From Octopus vulgaris (Eukaryota), in contig OX597836.1 in assembly GCA_951406725.2 (NCBI GenBank), positions 20,522,001-20,586,000 of the forward strand: DNA of 64,000 bases. The letters run 5' to 3'. The notes below the pieces were generated by a model. The model searched no databases and was not told where the DNA came from. It worked only from the letters and a program-made list of their open reading frames with translations. This document shows positions 38,597 to 51,221 of the stretch, in pieces; the first letter of the stretch is position 1, and every line of letters starts with the position of its first letter. A program made the translations under genes and the position numbers.

Positions 38597-39114
38597 CCCT
38601 TCAGAATTTAAACTATCTATATCTGGCCCAAGGTACCATGTGTTAGGACTGAACCCTAGACCACATGGTTTGGAAGCAAAGCCTACTTATTGAATCAATG
38701 TCTTAATGTAACCTAGTCGTCTACAGACCCATGGTCCCTTAACATAAATCTTTCTCTCAACATTTTGTAGTTGACATCCAAATGGTAGCTAAATCTTCAT
38801 CAAATCGCATCTCGCTGCTTGAGGGACATTAAATAATGTAGTCTTCCACCCCTTAAAAAGACAAGATGATGATTATAGATCAGTTGTGAGCAAACTGCAG
38901 CCCATGGGACATTCTGAATAGCACACCAAATGGTCTACCTATTTTGTGTTCAGACTGGTCAGATTTGGTCTCTCACACCTAACCTACAATGTTGTTCTAA
39001 TAATAAACAATCACTTCATCGAAACCTTGAAACTACAGGATGATGCATAATTAATTCAAAACAATGGGAATAAATAAGCTTTGCATTTCACAGACTAAGT
39101 TGAATGTTGAAGGG
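38597..39114. mobile_element. Older piggyBac-type MITE containing a ~300-bp templated insertion
   Basis: TTAA|CCCTTCAGAATT ... GAATGTTGAAGGG|TTAA; the interior 38627-38925 is copied from two nearby loci. Confidence 0.7.
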
Positions 39115-39364
39115 TTAAATTATATATTAGCAGAATCCTTAGAGCATCACACAAAATGTCTTGCAAATACTTTTTCAGGCTCTTTACATTCAGAGCTCAA
39201 ATCCTTCAGAGGTTAAATTTGTCTTTCATTCTTTCAGGTTTAATAAAATAAAACACCTGCCAGAATTTGAATTCAGAACATGAAGATGGACGACATACCA
39301 CTAAGCATTTTGTCCAGTAGGCTAACAATTCTGGCAGTTTGCTGCTTTCCTTATAATAATGATG

Positions 39365-39403
<39 letters not shown>

Positions 39404-40155
39404 TAATGGTTTCTAAGTTAGGCACAAGGCTAGCAGTTTTGAGAGGAAAAGATTTGCTGATTCCATAGTACTTGATTGGTACTTTATTTTCATTGCCCCT
39501 GGAAAGATGAAAGGCAAAGTCGACCTCGGCAGAATTTGAATTCAGAACAAGATGGACAACATACCACTAGGCATTTTGTCCAGTATGCTAACAATTCTGC
39601 CAGTTTGCTGCTTTCCTTATAATAATAATAATAATAGGCACGTAAAAAGCACCATCCGATTGTGGCCGTTTGCCAGCCTCGTCTGGCACCTGTGCAGGTG
39701 GCACGTAAAAAGCATCCACTACACTCACGGAGTGGTTGGCGTTAGGAAGGGCATCCAGCTGTAGAAACATTGCCAGATCAGACTGGGCCTGGCGCAGCCT
39801 TCTGGCTTCCCAGACCCCAATTGAACCGTCCAACCCATGCTAGCATGGAAAATGGACGTTAAATGATGGTCCTTTTATACTGGCCATTCTTGCGACATAA
39901 TAATAATAATAATAATAATCCTTTATACTATAGGGCACAAGGCACAAAAATTAATTATCACATAAAGGGACAAAACACAGGACAAAAGTTACAAAGGGTT
40001 TTGTCCGTTTGAAAAATCCGTGTAAAAACAGTGTAATAACAAAAATATTTAACAATGAAAAACTCCCAAAAGGGGGAGGCGCTTCGAAAGGTTCCTGGTG
40101 GAAAAACCCATAAAAGCCATCTGGTGCATTAATGATTCTGCCAGCTTGTCACCTT

Positions 40156-40217
<62 letters not shown>

Positions 40218-40500
40218 TGATAGGGGCCATTCTTGCGACATAATAATAATAATAATAATCCTTTATACTATAGGGCACAAGGCACAAGGGGCTAAATATA
40301 GAGGGGACAAACAAGGACAGACAAAGGTATTAAGTCGATCACACTGACCCCAATACTTAACTAGTACTTAATTTTTCAACCCGGAAAGTATGAAAAGCAA
40401 AGTCGACCTCAGCAGAATTTGAACTCAGAACCTGAAGATGGATGAAATACTGTTAAGCATTTCATCTGGTGTGCTAATGATTCTGCCAGCTTGTCGCCTT

Positions 40501-40562
<62 letters not shown>

Positions 40563-40566
40563 TGAT

Positions 40567-40960
40567 AGGCACAGGTGTGGCTGTGTGGTAAGTACTTGTT
40601 TACCAACCACATGGTTCCGGGTTCAGTCCCACTGCGTGGCACCTTGGGCAAGTGTCTTCTACTATAGCCTTGGGCCGACCAAAGCCTTGTGAGTGGATTT
40701 GGTAGATGGAAACTGAAAGAAGCCCGTCGTATATATGTATATGTATATATTTGTGTGTTTGTGTATCTGTGTTTGTCCCCCTAGCATTGCTTGACAACCG
40801 ATGCTGGTGTGTTTATGTCCCCGTTACTTAGCGGTTCGGCAAAAGAGACCGATAGAATAAGTACTGGGCTTACAAAAACAGAATAAGTCCCGGGTCGAGT
40901 TGCTCGACTAAAGGCGGTGCTCCAGCATGGCCGCAGTCAAATGACTGAAACAAGTAAAAA
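40567..40960 (+). mobile_element. SINE family A, full length, well preserved
   Basis: AGGCACAGGTGTGGCTGTGTGG..GGTTCAGTCCC..CCTTGGGCAAG..CAGTCAAATGACTGAAACAAGTAAAA. Confidence 0.9.
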
Positions 40961-42242
40961 GAGAGAAAGAAAGAGAAAGAGATGATGATGATGATGATGA
41001 TGATAATCGATTTTGATATATGAGTGTTTGAAGGAAAGGATTAAAATAAAAAAGATTATAAAAGAAACTGCATTTATTTGCAACGCATGCCTGAATGTAA
41101 TGCAAGTCCATGTATGGATTTTGTTATAAAGTCACAATGGAGACAATGAGGATTTTGATTTTGCCTGAGATTGTTGTACAAATGTGTTCGTTGATTACAT
41201 GATGAAGTTCTTTTATTGCTCTGTTTCTTCAACTTGAATAGTTTAGATGCTTCGTGACACATTTTATATTGCATAAATTGATCTAGACAATGATTTTCTC
41301 AAGATGTTAAATTAAGCAGAAGGGATTTTAGCAATTATCTCAAACTTATCCCTTATACCTTAGCAGGGGGGTCTTTCTTAATAATAATAATAATAATGAT
41401 TCTTTCCATAATATGCACAAAGCCTGAAATCATTTCGGGAAGGGAAATAGTTGATTACATCAACCCCAGTGCAAATTGATATTTCTTTTATTGATCCCGA
41501 TAGGCAGAATTTGATCATAGAATGTAAAGCTAGAAGAAATGTCACACATTTTGTCCAGTGTGTGAATGAGTCTACCAGCTCACCACCTTAATAATAATAA
41601 TGATAATAATAATAATAATAATGATAATAATAATAATAATAATAATAATGATAATAATAATAATAATAATCCTTCCTTTCTTCTATAGGCACAAGACCTG
41701 AAATTCGAGGGGAGGGGGTAAGTCAATTACATTGACCCCAGTGTTCAATTAGTACTTATTTTATCGATCCTAGAAGGACGAAAGGCAAACCTGACCTTGG
41801 CAGAATTTGAACTCAGAACGTTAAGACAGATGAAATGCTAAGCAGTGTCCCCAGCTTGCTAATGATTCTGCTGGCTTGAATAATGGTTCCTATTTTAGGC
41901 ACAAGACCAACAATTTTGAGGGAAGTAGGTTGATACCATCAACCCCAGTACTAGAGTTATTTTATGTAGTTGAACCTGGAAGAATAAAATGCAAAGTTGG
42001 ACATAGCAGGGTTTGAACCTAAAACATAAACTGTCAGCATTTCTTCAGAGACTCTAATGACTTTGTCAGCTTACAACTTTCAACAATGGTCTTTTATTTA
42101 GTACAAGGCCAGCAATTTTGAGGGGAGGGAATCAGTCGATTATATCAACTGCCACACTTGACTGGTGCTTTATTTTACTAACCCCAGTGAGATGAAAGGC
42201 AAGGTAACAAAATAAATACCACAAGGTATTTTTTTTCTACTG

Positions 42243-42471
42243 GTGGCAAGCTGGCAGAAATGTTAGCATGCCGGGCGAAATGCGTAGCCGTATTTCGTCT
42301 GCAGTTACGTTCAGAGTTCAAATTCCGCCGAGGTCGACTTTGCCTTTCATTCTTTCAGGGTCGATTAAATAAGTACCAGTTACGCACTGGGGTTGATATA
42401 ATCGACTTAATCTGTTTGTCTGTCCTCGTTTGTCCTCTCTGTGTTTAGCCCCTTGTGGGTAGTAAAGACAT
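42243..42471 (+). mobile_element. Full-length SINE family B nested in an older B copy
   Basis: Imperfect TSD AGGTATTTTTTTTCTACTG / AGGTATCATTTTCTACTG. Confidence 0.85.
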
Positions 42472-43007
42472 AGGTATCATTTTCTACTGTCCTAACGATT
42501 CTGCCAATCTGTTACCTTCTACTACTAAAAATAATTTTGGTACAAGGCTAGCAGTTTTAAGAGACTGGGGTAAGTCAATTACATCAACCTCAGCATTCAT
42601 TTGGTATTTATTTTACTGACTCTGAAAGGATGCAAGGCAAAGCTGACTTTGGCAGAATTTAAACCTAGAATATAGAGAACTAGAAGAAATACTACTAAGC
42701 ATTTTGTTTGATTTGCTAATGATTCTCCCAGCTTGCTGCCTTCTGCTAGTTTCTGATTTCTTCTTGGTACAAGGCTGAGACACGTTTTGGTGAAAATGAA
42801 CAGATTCCAGTATTTCACTGAATGGATGAAGTACAAAGCTGAAACCCACGAAATTTGAAACTAGATAGCAAAGGCGTGAAAATAAACACCACAGCAACAA
42901 GAACAAAAACACTAATAATAAAATAATGATAATTCTTTCTACCATTGTCACAAGGCTTGAAATTTTATGGGGAGTGGGTAGTTGATTACATTGGTGTCAA
43001 AACTTAA

Positions 43008-43230
43008 CCCTTTCATTACTGTATTTATTTTGGGATGCTCTGTGCTTCTTTCAATTATTTTAAATATAACAAAGAATTTAGTAAAATAACTTATTATTAT
43101 CATTAAGCTAGTGATAGGAACATAAAGTGTGACTAAGGTTTGGTGGAATATTTTAATTCAAAACTTATGAAAACAAGACATTTCTATTAAAGAGCCAGAG
43201 CCGGTTTCAACCAGGTTGGTAACGAAAGGG
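43008..43230. mobile_element. piggyBac-type MITE, second copy
   Basis: TTAA at 43004-43007 and 43231-43234; reverse complement of 34336-34556. Confidence 0.9.
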
Positions 43231-44315
43231 TTAAGTGGTATTTATCTTATTGATTCCAAAGGAATAAAAGGCAAAGTCAACATTGGTAGAATAGGCACTC
43301 AGAACATAAAACTGGAAGAAATGCTGCCAAGCATTTTGCTCAATGTGCTAATAATGATGATGATGAGGTAATAATTTGTGTAATAGTCAAAATAATCTAT
43401 GTGGGAACGGTGATTACTTGGACACCAATAGCAAAAATATGACAATGATAATTAATGTGTTAATTAATGAGAATAATTATTTGGAAATGACAATATGAAA
43501 TTTTGGGTCACAAGATCAACAACAACAAGAATAATGGCTTCAGACTTAGGCACGAGGTTAGCAACTTTGAGGAGCAGGGGTTAGTTGATGTCACTGATTC
43601 TTGTTCTTTCCTTGTGCTCTATTTTTTTTTATTGATCTCCAAAGGTTAAAGTTCACCTCAGTGAGATTTGAATTTATGATAAGAACTGGAAGAAATATTA
43701 CAAGTAATTTATTCCAACGCTCATCAGTAATGCCAGCTCATCACTATTATAGGCACAAAGCCTGGATTTTACAGGGAGTGGGAGCTACTTCACTGCACTG
43801 ACCCCACTCACCCAAATGGTATTTATTTTATCAATCCCAAAGGGATGAAACACAAAGAAAACCTTGGCAAAGAGTCAGAGGAGTATTTTGTTTGACACAC
43901 TAACAGTTCTGCCAGTTTGATACGTTTAATGCTTTCAAATTTTGGCACAAGGCCAGTGATTTTAGGGGTACTCTACCAGCTCACTGCCTTGTACCAGCAA
44001 TGATGATGACAATGACAATAATGATGGACATGGTGATAATGTTGATGTTTTTTTTTTTTTGTCTCCAGGTCTCAAGATATAGGGGATCAAGAAAGAGTAG
44101 TGATGTTATAGCAAATAAAAGAGGAAGAATAACAGTAACAATAATAATAACATCCCTGCGTTATAACTAAATATTTTATAAGAGTAGGAATAAGGAAATA
44201 GATGAAGACTTTAGAATTATACAGAAATGGCAGAACAACAACAGGGAAGGTATTAAAGGTATTAAAAAAACTGATAAATGGTCTATCTTGCATCCCTACT
44301 TATACCAGCTTATAT

Positions 44316-44348
<33 letters not shown>

Positions 44349-44381
44349 CATACATATATATATACATATATAAATATATAC

Positions 44382-44470
<89 letters not shown>

Positions 44471-44595
44471 TACATACATACATACATACATACACACATA
44501 CATACATACATACATACATACACACACACATACATATATACATACATACACACATACATACATACACACACATACACACACACATACATACATAC

Positions 44596-44645
<50 letters not shown>

Positions 44646-44939
44646 TGTAAATAGGAAGTAGACAGTACCAACAACAACAACAACAACAGATGTAGACACT
44701 AGATTGCACCAGCAAGATGAACAGATGTAAATGGACAGGGGACAATATCAACAAGTCCCAAAAGATGTAAAGGGACAGTAGACAGTAACCAACAAGCACA
44801 ACAGATGTAAGTAGACTGTAACAGTAACAACAAATGTAAATAATGGTGTATGTTTAGAGCTGTTGTTGTTGTTCTGTAGTGATTGTTTTTCTTGGTTTAA
44901 GAAAACAAATCAGTTACATCTATGCCAATATAAGTGTGC

Positions 44940-45545
44940 GTATACACACATACACGTACCTATATATACATACACAGATATATATACACATACACATACC
45001 TATATATACATACACAGATATATACACACATACACGTACCTATATATACATACACAGATATATATATACACATACACATACCTATATATACATACACAGA
45101 TATATATACACATACACATACCTATATATACATACACAGATATATATACACATACACGTACCTATATATACATACACAGATATATATACACATACATGTA
45201 CCTATATATACATACACAGATATATACACACACACACACATACCTATATATACATACACAGATATATATACACATACCTATATATACATACACAGATATA
45301 TACACACGTACACGTACCTATATATACATACACAGATATATATACACATACACATACCTATATATACATACACAGATATATATACACATACACATACCTA
45401 TATATACATACATAGATATATATACACATACACGTACCTATATATACATACACAGATATATACACACATACACGTACCTATATATACATACACAGATATA
45501 TATACACATACACATACCTATATATATATATATACATACAGAGAT
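44940..45545. repeat. ~40-bp minisatellite (TACCTATATATACATACACAGATATATATACACATACACA), about 14 units
   Basis: Directly visible periodicity inside the 44310-46560 TA/CA field; a ~370-bp duplication follows at ~45820-46500. Confidence 0.85.
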
Positions 45546-45830
45546 ATATATATATATATATATACACATACACACACACAGAAATACAAACATATGTGGG
45601 AGGTGGAGAGGTAGAGGAATTTTTATATAAATTCTCACAACAAAGCAATGATTCTTTTAGAAAGGCAAATGTTTGCTAAGCTTCATCAGTGAAGTTAAAT
45701 TGATGACCAGATGAAAAAACAAAAAAATAAATAAATAAAAAAATGAAAAAATAAAATTCCAAAATATTCTATGCTGAAAATTGTGTTCTTTCAAAATTGT
45801 GGACAAAGATTACCTACTACAAACACACAT

Positions 45831-45870
<40 letters not shown>

Positions 45871-45905
45871 GACATACACACATATTGCATACACTTACAT
45901 GTATA

Positions 45906-46019
<114 letters not shown>

Positions 46020-46024
46020 TATAT

Positions 46025-46055
<31 letters not shown>

Positions 46056-46292
46056 TGCAGACATATTACATACACTTATATGCATGTTTGTGTGTGTATA
46101 TATACACACATGCAAACACACAATGTGCGTGTATATCCAATATATATACACCCTTATTTCTCTCTCTAAAGAGAGATACATATATGTCTATGTTATATAT
46201 GCAACACACACACAAACACATATCTATATATATTATATTATATATAGACATACACACATATTACATACATACACTTACATGTATGTGTGTGC

Positions 46293-46334
<42 letters not shown>

Positions 46335-46662
46335 GCAAACAGACATATTACATACACTTATATGTATGCCTGTGTGTGTATATATACACACATGCAAACA
46401 CAATGTGCATGTATATCCAATATATATATACCCTTATTTCTCTCCCTCTCTAAAGAGAGAAAGAGAGAGATGCATATATGTCTATGTTATATATGCAATA
46501 CACACACGTCTATGTTATATATGCAATACACACACACACACACACAAGCATATCTCTGTTTACAGATGCACATAAATGTGTGAGCATTGCAAACACACAC
46601 ACATAAACACACAGTCATATATATCTGTAAACCTTTCTGTCTCTGTCTGTCATTATGTGTGT

Positions 46663-46701
<39 letters not shown>

Positions 46702-47358
46702 CATACATACACAAACACACTGATGTGTATGTATATATGTGCATGCAAATATAGTTTAAATGTTCATCACACACCTACAAAAGACTACAAGCAACAACCA
46801 CCGTATGAGGTGAATGGAATGAAATGTAAGGTATAGTTCTATATTTCAAGTTATGACAAAAACGTGAAGACACACACACACATGCACACACACCTAAACA
46901 TATACACACATTCACATGCACCTTCATATTGTCTCCCCTCTATACAAAGCAAAATATCCAGAAATTTCCCCTTTTACCAAAGTGCACATTGATATTTATA
47001 TGCAGTTTAATGTATATGCGTGTGTATGTACATATGCATATATGTCTGACTGTCTATCTATCTATCTGTCATTATAACATGTCATTGCATGTGTGTGATA
47101 TAAATATATATATATAAATATTTTACATGTGTGTGTGTGAGTCTGTATGTGTGTTTCTGTAAGGAATATTGTTTACATATGTTCATGTATCTGTCTATCT
47201 CACTTAATACACACACAATATATCCATCAAACAATTCTTCATATTATATATACATACATATATATACCGGAGTAAACACATAAATGTGAAACAAGGTGGA
47301 AAAAAGCGTACTCAAATACCAGTGGTAGAGTAATATGCTTTATTTGTGCCTATTTGTG

Positions 47359-47406
<48 letters not shown>

Positions 47407-47753
47407 CATATATATAATGGAACGATATGCTGCAAGGGTACCCTTCCAAACACATATAAATGTTAAACATAACCACAACACACAAATACACACACACATA
47501 CACACACACACATACACACATATACACAGATATGTGTGTGAGCATGTGTGTGTGTGAGTGTGTGTGTAAGTAAATAATGAAGATATTTCGACAGACAGTC
47601 TGCTGTTAATTGAGAAAATGCAATAAAATAAAATAAAATAAAATAAAATAAAATAAAATAAAATAAAAACCCAACTCAGATATCGTAGGGGAAAAAAAAA
47701 AAAAAGAAGAGGAAGAAATCAGATGCAAATCGAAAGAAAAGAGATTCCCTTAC

Positions 47754-47766
47754 CGAGTTCGACCAT
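47754..47766 (-). CDS. Candidate initiating micro-exon coding segment (ATG GTC GAA CTC G = MVEL + phase-1 G), splicing to the PDZ exon
   Basis: Minus strand reads TGA AAA ATG GTC GAA CTC G|GTAAGG: in-frame stop two codons upstream, strong AAAATGG start context, good donor. The phase-1 G joins AA of exon 3426 to give GAA (E). Lies in a non-repetitive island (~47720-47890). No transcript evidence. Confidence 0.45.
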
Positions 47767-48374
47767 TTTTCAATGTCAACAAACCAAAAGAAAAGGAATC
47801 GGTATGGCAAAAAGCGATGTTAAGTCCTCTACATATGTCAACCTGTTATGATAGTTCAGCTTTGTCTTATGAAATGAAAAGGTAGGTAGTGTAATATATA
47901 TATGTGCGTGCATGTGTGTAGCTGTACATGTGCGTGCATGTGTATGTGTGTGCCTGCCTGCGTGTGCATATATGTATGCATATGTATGTATGTATGAGTG
48001 TGTGTGTGTGTGTGTTTCTTCTCGTCTTTTTTTCCTTTTCTTTTCGTTAAAAAAAAAAGTGTGTGTGTGTAAGGTAGGAGAGAGACGAAGAGATTCTAAA
48101 GCCTACTTGTGGCTGCTGATAATGTCGATTTCGGTAGTGGATGGTGGTGATAATGCTGTTGATGCTACTGTTGCTGTTGCTGCTGCTACTACTACTACTA
48201 TTGGTGCTGTTGTTGTTGTTGTTTTGGTCTTGCTTTAAGAGTAATGTAGAGGCATCAGTCGTAGTAGAACAGTGGATATATATATATATATATATGTATG
48301 TATGTGTATGTATGTATGTATGTATGTGTATGTATGTATGTGTATGTATGTATGTGTATATGTGTGTGTCAATA

Positions 48375-48409
<35 letters not shown>

Positions 48410-48475
48410 TGATAAAAACGGTAAGACAACAAAAGAAAAAGAGACCTCGATATTATGTAAATAGAGGAATTTAAC

Positions 48476-48534
<59 letters not shown>

Positions 48535-48954
48535 ATATGTATATGAATGTATGTATAAGTTGGTACAGAATTACGGTAGTCGCAGTCGTAGTAGCAGTAG
48601 CAGCAGTAAATCTATGGATGTCTTAACTAGAAGTTGGTAGTATTGACAAGTGACGCTAAAACAACACCAACACGAACATCACCGTCACCACTACCACCAC
48701 CACCACCACCACCACCACCGACACAGTCTAACAATGAGGATTGACAACGATGACAAGGGGGACAATGACAGAAGCAGAGAAAAATAACAAAAGTGAGGAA
48801 CAGATAGCTCCTTGCAATATCTCTCTCTCTCTCACACACACACACACACCTTCCAGCTCCCTTAATAAATCTTTACCAATGTATTGAGTTCTTTCATTCC
48901 ATAAGGTTGTAGTCTAGACTACACCCTAATTATTAACATCAATATATATTACAT

Positions 48955-49179
48955 ATGCATTTGTATGTATGTATGTATGTATGTGTGTGTGTGTGTGTGT
49001 GCATGTATGTGTACGTATGTATGTATGTATGTATGTATGTGTGTGTGTGTGTGTATGTATATATGTATGTATGTTTATATGTATGTGTGTGTGTATGTAT
49101 ATATATATGTATGTATGTATGTTTATATGTATGTATGTGTGTGTATGTATGTATATATGTATGTATGTATGTGTGTGTG

Positions 49180-49246
<67 letters not shown>

Positions 49247-49500
49247 ATGTATATATGTATGTATGTTTATATGTATGTGTGTATGTATGTGTATGTATAT
49301 ATGTATGTATGTGTGTGTGCATGTATGTATGTGTATGTATGTGTGTATGTGTGTGTGTGTGTATGTATGTATATATGTATGTATGTCCATTCATCTAGCT
49401 ATACATTTCCATCTATTCATACATGCATATATTCGCATGCATGCACACACACACACACACACACACATATGCATACATATATATATATATATATGAATGG
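48955..49500. repeat. (TATG/TG)n microsatellite field
   Basis: Directly visible; similar fields at 33340-33780, 55960-57020 and 63170-63530. Confidence 0.9.
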
Positions 49501-50814
49501 ATGGATAGACAAACTGAATAAGGAAGTAAGGAATGGAAAGAGAGAGAGTAACACTGAAAGAGAAGAGAAGCGGTGTTTAGGAGAGAGAAGAGATGAAGGA
49601 AAAGAGAATACAGGATATCGGCAAAAATTCCAATGATGAACTTTTTGAGTTGCAAAAAAAAAAAAAGTATATAAAATAATAAACAATAATATTATAAATA
49701 TTCAGAGAAACAAATTCATTTCTGTATCATTATCATTAAAACATCCAACTTGCAAAATTCTTAGTACACCAGATGACAAAATGCTTAGCAAAATTTACGT
49801 TCTGAGTTCAAATTTTGCTAAGGTTGACTTTGCCTTCCATCTTTTGGGGATTGATGAAATAAGTATCAATTAAGCCCTGGGGTTGATGTAATAGACTAGG
49901 CCCTTTGCTCGAAATTTCAGGCTTGTGCCTTATAATAGAAAGGATGGTTCTTCATCTTATTATTAAAAGCATTATTGCTTTTCTTATCATACAACACAAA
50001 ATTAAGAAATATAGCAAAATCTATTTCTAATGATATTATTACTCTCAGTTGTTGAATGGCAGAATCAGTAGAGCATCAGACAAAATACCTTGAGGTATTT
50101 AGTTATGTCCCTTTATGCCGTGAGTTCCAATCTCAAAAGAATTCATTTAAAAAAAATTTTTTTTTTTCTAAAAAAAACTTTCATCCTTGCATCTGTAAAA
50201 TATATAACCATTCATACAGTGAAATTGAAATTTCTTTGACTCTACTTTCTGCAGAAATTCTTTATATTCTTGTACAATATTAGTTTCAGATTTTGGCACA
50301 GGGCCAGCAATTTTGGGCGCAGAGACTAGTTGATAGTATCAACCCCAGTGCTCAAATGGTGTTTAATTTTATTGACCCTCAAATGATGAAAGAAAAATTG
50401 ACTTCAGAGAAATCTGAACTCAGGATGCTTGAGTTTTATGATTTGAGTGAGATTTAGCTGCTATTTCTAGTAGGTCAAGCAACTACATACCTGATGGTAT
50501 GTAACAACAACAACAACAACGGCTTCAAAATTGGCACAAGGTTAGCAATTTCATGGGGGGAGGGGATAATTAACCCCAGTGCTTAGCTGTATTTTATTTT
50601 ATGGACTTTGGCCCCAGAGTATGAAAGATGATGTTGATCTCAGTAGAATTGGAACTCAAAATATAAAGAGTTGGAAGAAATGCCTCTAAACATTTAGTCC
50701 AATGTAATAACGACTCTACCAGTTTGCTGCCATACATAATAATGATGATGATAATAATAATAATAATAATAACAATAATAATAATAATAATAATAATAAT
50801 AAGAAGAAGAAGAA

Positions 50815-51160
50815 GTAGTGGGGGAGCATCATAGCCATGTGTTGAGAGGGATTCTTTGGGGTTTGAATAATTCACCTCTGAAAACATGGGTGATTCTTTC
50901 AACATCCTTAAACAACCCTTATTCAGGGACCTTTTGAGCGGGATGGGCTACTCAACTTGAAGAAATTTCTAACTGGGGCCCCTACCTGCAAGGTCATGTG
51001 CTGTTTATCTTGATATGAGATCACCATGTCGCGCACATATGGTTGTGATGCATGTGCCTGGTGTACCCTTATCAGACGGGTAGTCATGATGGGTATATTG
51101 GGCTTCGTATATTTTACCCCAGTGTCACTTTGATGGCATGAACTGCTCTCTCACTCAATA
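50815..51160 (+). mobile_element. Family G retroposon in (AAT)n
   Basis: See 27806-28020; long (AAT)n on both sides. Confidence 0.75.
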
Positions 51161-51162
51161 TG

Positions 51163-51221
<59 letters not shown>

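Larger units (their letters stand above)
39120..44000. mobile_element. Dense nest of SINE family B fragments alternating with (AAT)n, plus one each of families A and C and a MITE
   Basis: Roughly a dozen GGCACAAGGC..GGGG..TTGACCCCAG..GAAAGGCAAAGTCGACC modules, mostly on the minus strand. Similar nest at ~49750-51720. Confidence 0.7.
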
